64,000 nt of DNA. It comes from Hypanus sabinus. Taxonomy: Eukaryota. Positions within the stretch are counted from its first letter, which is position 1. Each line of letters begins with the position of its first letter. Under the pieces are notes generated by a model. The model saw nothing but the letters and a program-made list of their open reading frames with translations, was not told the DNA's origin and did not search any database. Below are positions 62,592 through 64,000 of the stretch, piece by piece. The stretch spans positions 11,780,001 through 11,844,000 of the forward strand of contig NC_082707.1 in assembly GCF_030144855.1 (NCBI RefSeq), written 5' to 3'. The translations under genes were made by a program, and so were the position numbers.

Positions 62592-62880
62592 TTTTTGGCT
62601 TGCAAGCTTTCGACTGGCTCAGACGATGATTTTTGCCATTGAAGAAATAAACCAGAACGAAAATCTCCTTCCGAGGATCAGTCTTGGGTATCAGATACAC
62701 GATGATTGTTCGTCCTCCGCGATAGCTTCGAAAGCAGCACTCGCTTTGATCAATGGAGAGGAATCAATCGAATACCGTGAATGTAGAGGTTCTTCCAACG
62801 TCGCTGCCATTGTTGGCTGCGAAATATCTACAAATTCGATCGTAACCGCCAGGACAATCGGTTCCTTTGGGATTCCACTG
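62592..62880 (+). CDS. Gene D exon 2
   Basis: 289 nt (one codon shorter than in A and B, frame kept); cacag|[28 protein letters not shown]...GCEISTNS...FGIPL|gtaat. Confidence 0.95.
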
Positions 62881-63279
62881 GTAATGTCTCAAATAATTGA
62901 TTGCATTTTTACTCTGGCTGTATCAGCACTTCATTAGGAGCAGAGCAATACAAACATATGGCCCCATGTGATGAAAATTTAAATACGAAATTCTTAAATT
63001 AGATTACCAACTTTTTTTTGTTTATATCAAGAGATTTTGCTGTCAGAGTGTTGTTATAAGCCAGCAAAAAAACAAACAATAACCTTGAAGAACATAAATT
63101 AAGCTCTGTTAAGTTTCCCTGTGACAGAAGATCGAACACTTAACAGGAAACAATGCCTCCCAGGAAGTTTCCATTCCGCCCAAGTGTATGTCAAATAATT
63201 AAAATGTTAATTAACTGACGAACTAACTTAGTCTCTTTTGTCTGCACAATGTCCACGACCCACCATTCACTACACAATA

Positions 63280-63750
63280 CAGAACCTATCTAACCGAACT
63301 CCAAACGCCTTTATCAAATCTAAATGTTTCATAGCACGAGCGAGCCCATTCCAGACAACCAACAGTGCGTGGAAAAAGGCCCGGCACATCTCCTTTGATC
63401 TTTCCTATTTCTCGACTTCAATATCTGCACTGGTGTATGATATATTTAACCACTAAGAGAAAAAAAAAATCATATCGAAGCACTTGGACGCCGTCTATTT
63501 TGTCTATGCCTCATAATTTTATATACTTCTGTCAGGTCCCCGTCATTCCAAGGGAAGCATTCCGACTTTCTCCTAACTCTTCTGTTAGTACATGTCCTCT
63601 AACATAGACAACAGCCTGATGATCTCGCCTGCCTCTACAGCGTCCCCATGACTTATATCCAGAATTATAAGCTGTAATTCTGATTTGGCTAGACAGAAAT
63701 AGATTAACAGAGCTTAAAAGTAGTTTATACAACGTTGTAAATTATGCCAG
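63280..63750 (-). mobile_element. Old CR1 3' fragment
   Basis: 'ctcataattttatatacttctgtcaggtccc' resembles the reverse of the CR1 RT C-terminus. Confidence 0.5.
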
Positions 63751-63904
63751 TAACACAATGTATAATTTTCGTGATGTAAATACAATATTACGGTTTTGTG
63801 CAATCTCAAAAGGATTGGCAAAGATTGGTAAAGGTACCGTGCATGAGTCACTCACAGTCAAAATCTGGACCCAAGTATTCATCGATTTATCTTGATCTCA
63901 ACAG

Positions 63905-64000
63905 GTTAGTTACTACTCCACCTGCTCCTGTCTCAGCGATAAGAGAGAATACCCCACGTTTTTCAGAACTATTCCAAGCGATTTCTACCAGTCCAAAATT
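63905..64000 (+). CDS. Gene D exon 3 (5' part; continues beyond the window)
   Basis: caacag|GTT; [32 protein letters not shown]. Confidence 0.93.

Noticed and set aside
1-64000. Numerous other 60-190 aa ORFs in the track
   Set aside because: They are antisense or alternative-frame shadows of V2R exons and retroelements, or random ORFs with no recognisable domains.

Overview
Eukaryotic (vertebrate) genomic DNA. The repeat content suggests a cartilaginous fish, probably a ray (inference). The window is part of a tandem cluster of class C GPCR chemoreceptor genes of the vomeronasal type-2 / OlfC (CaSR-related) family and holds four paralogues. Gene A (minus; exons 1-3 at 8692-922) runs off the left edge. 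Gene B (minus; 43399-25025) is complete, with 6 exons of 203/292/834/228/124/908 nt encoding 862 aa. Gene C (minus; 55636-49336) is a pseudogene with exons 1-3 only. Gene D (plus; from 59878) is divergent from C and runs off the right edge. Introns and spacers are filled with retroelements: many CR1 LINEs, Rex1/Babar LINE fragments, Gypsy (Sushi/chromovirus-like) LTRs and a pol fragment, a solo LTR, a tRNA-derived SINE, a Tc1 fragment, and a family of short, often palindromic Penelope-type elements. The most notable observations are: (i) a 128-bp insertion with a perfect 12-bp TSD carrying a minimal type I hammerhead-ribozyme motif, with decayed relatives across the window; (ii) a conserved TATA / E-box / O/E-like / homeodomain-like promoter module shared by genes A, B and D; (iii) a CR1 inserted exactly at the TATA position of pseudogene C; (iv) an apparently mosaic relationship among the paralogues. 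Exon coordinates were read by eye at splice sites; boundaries of old repeats are approximate.
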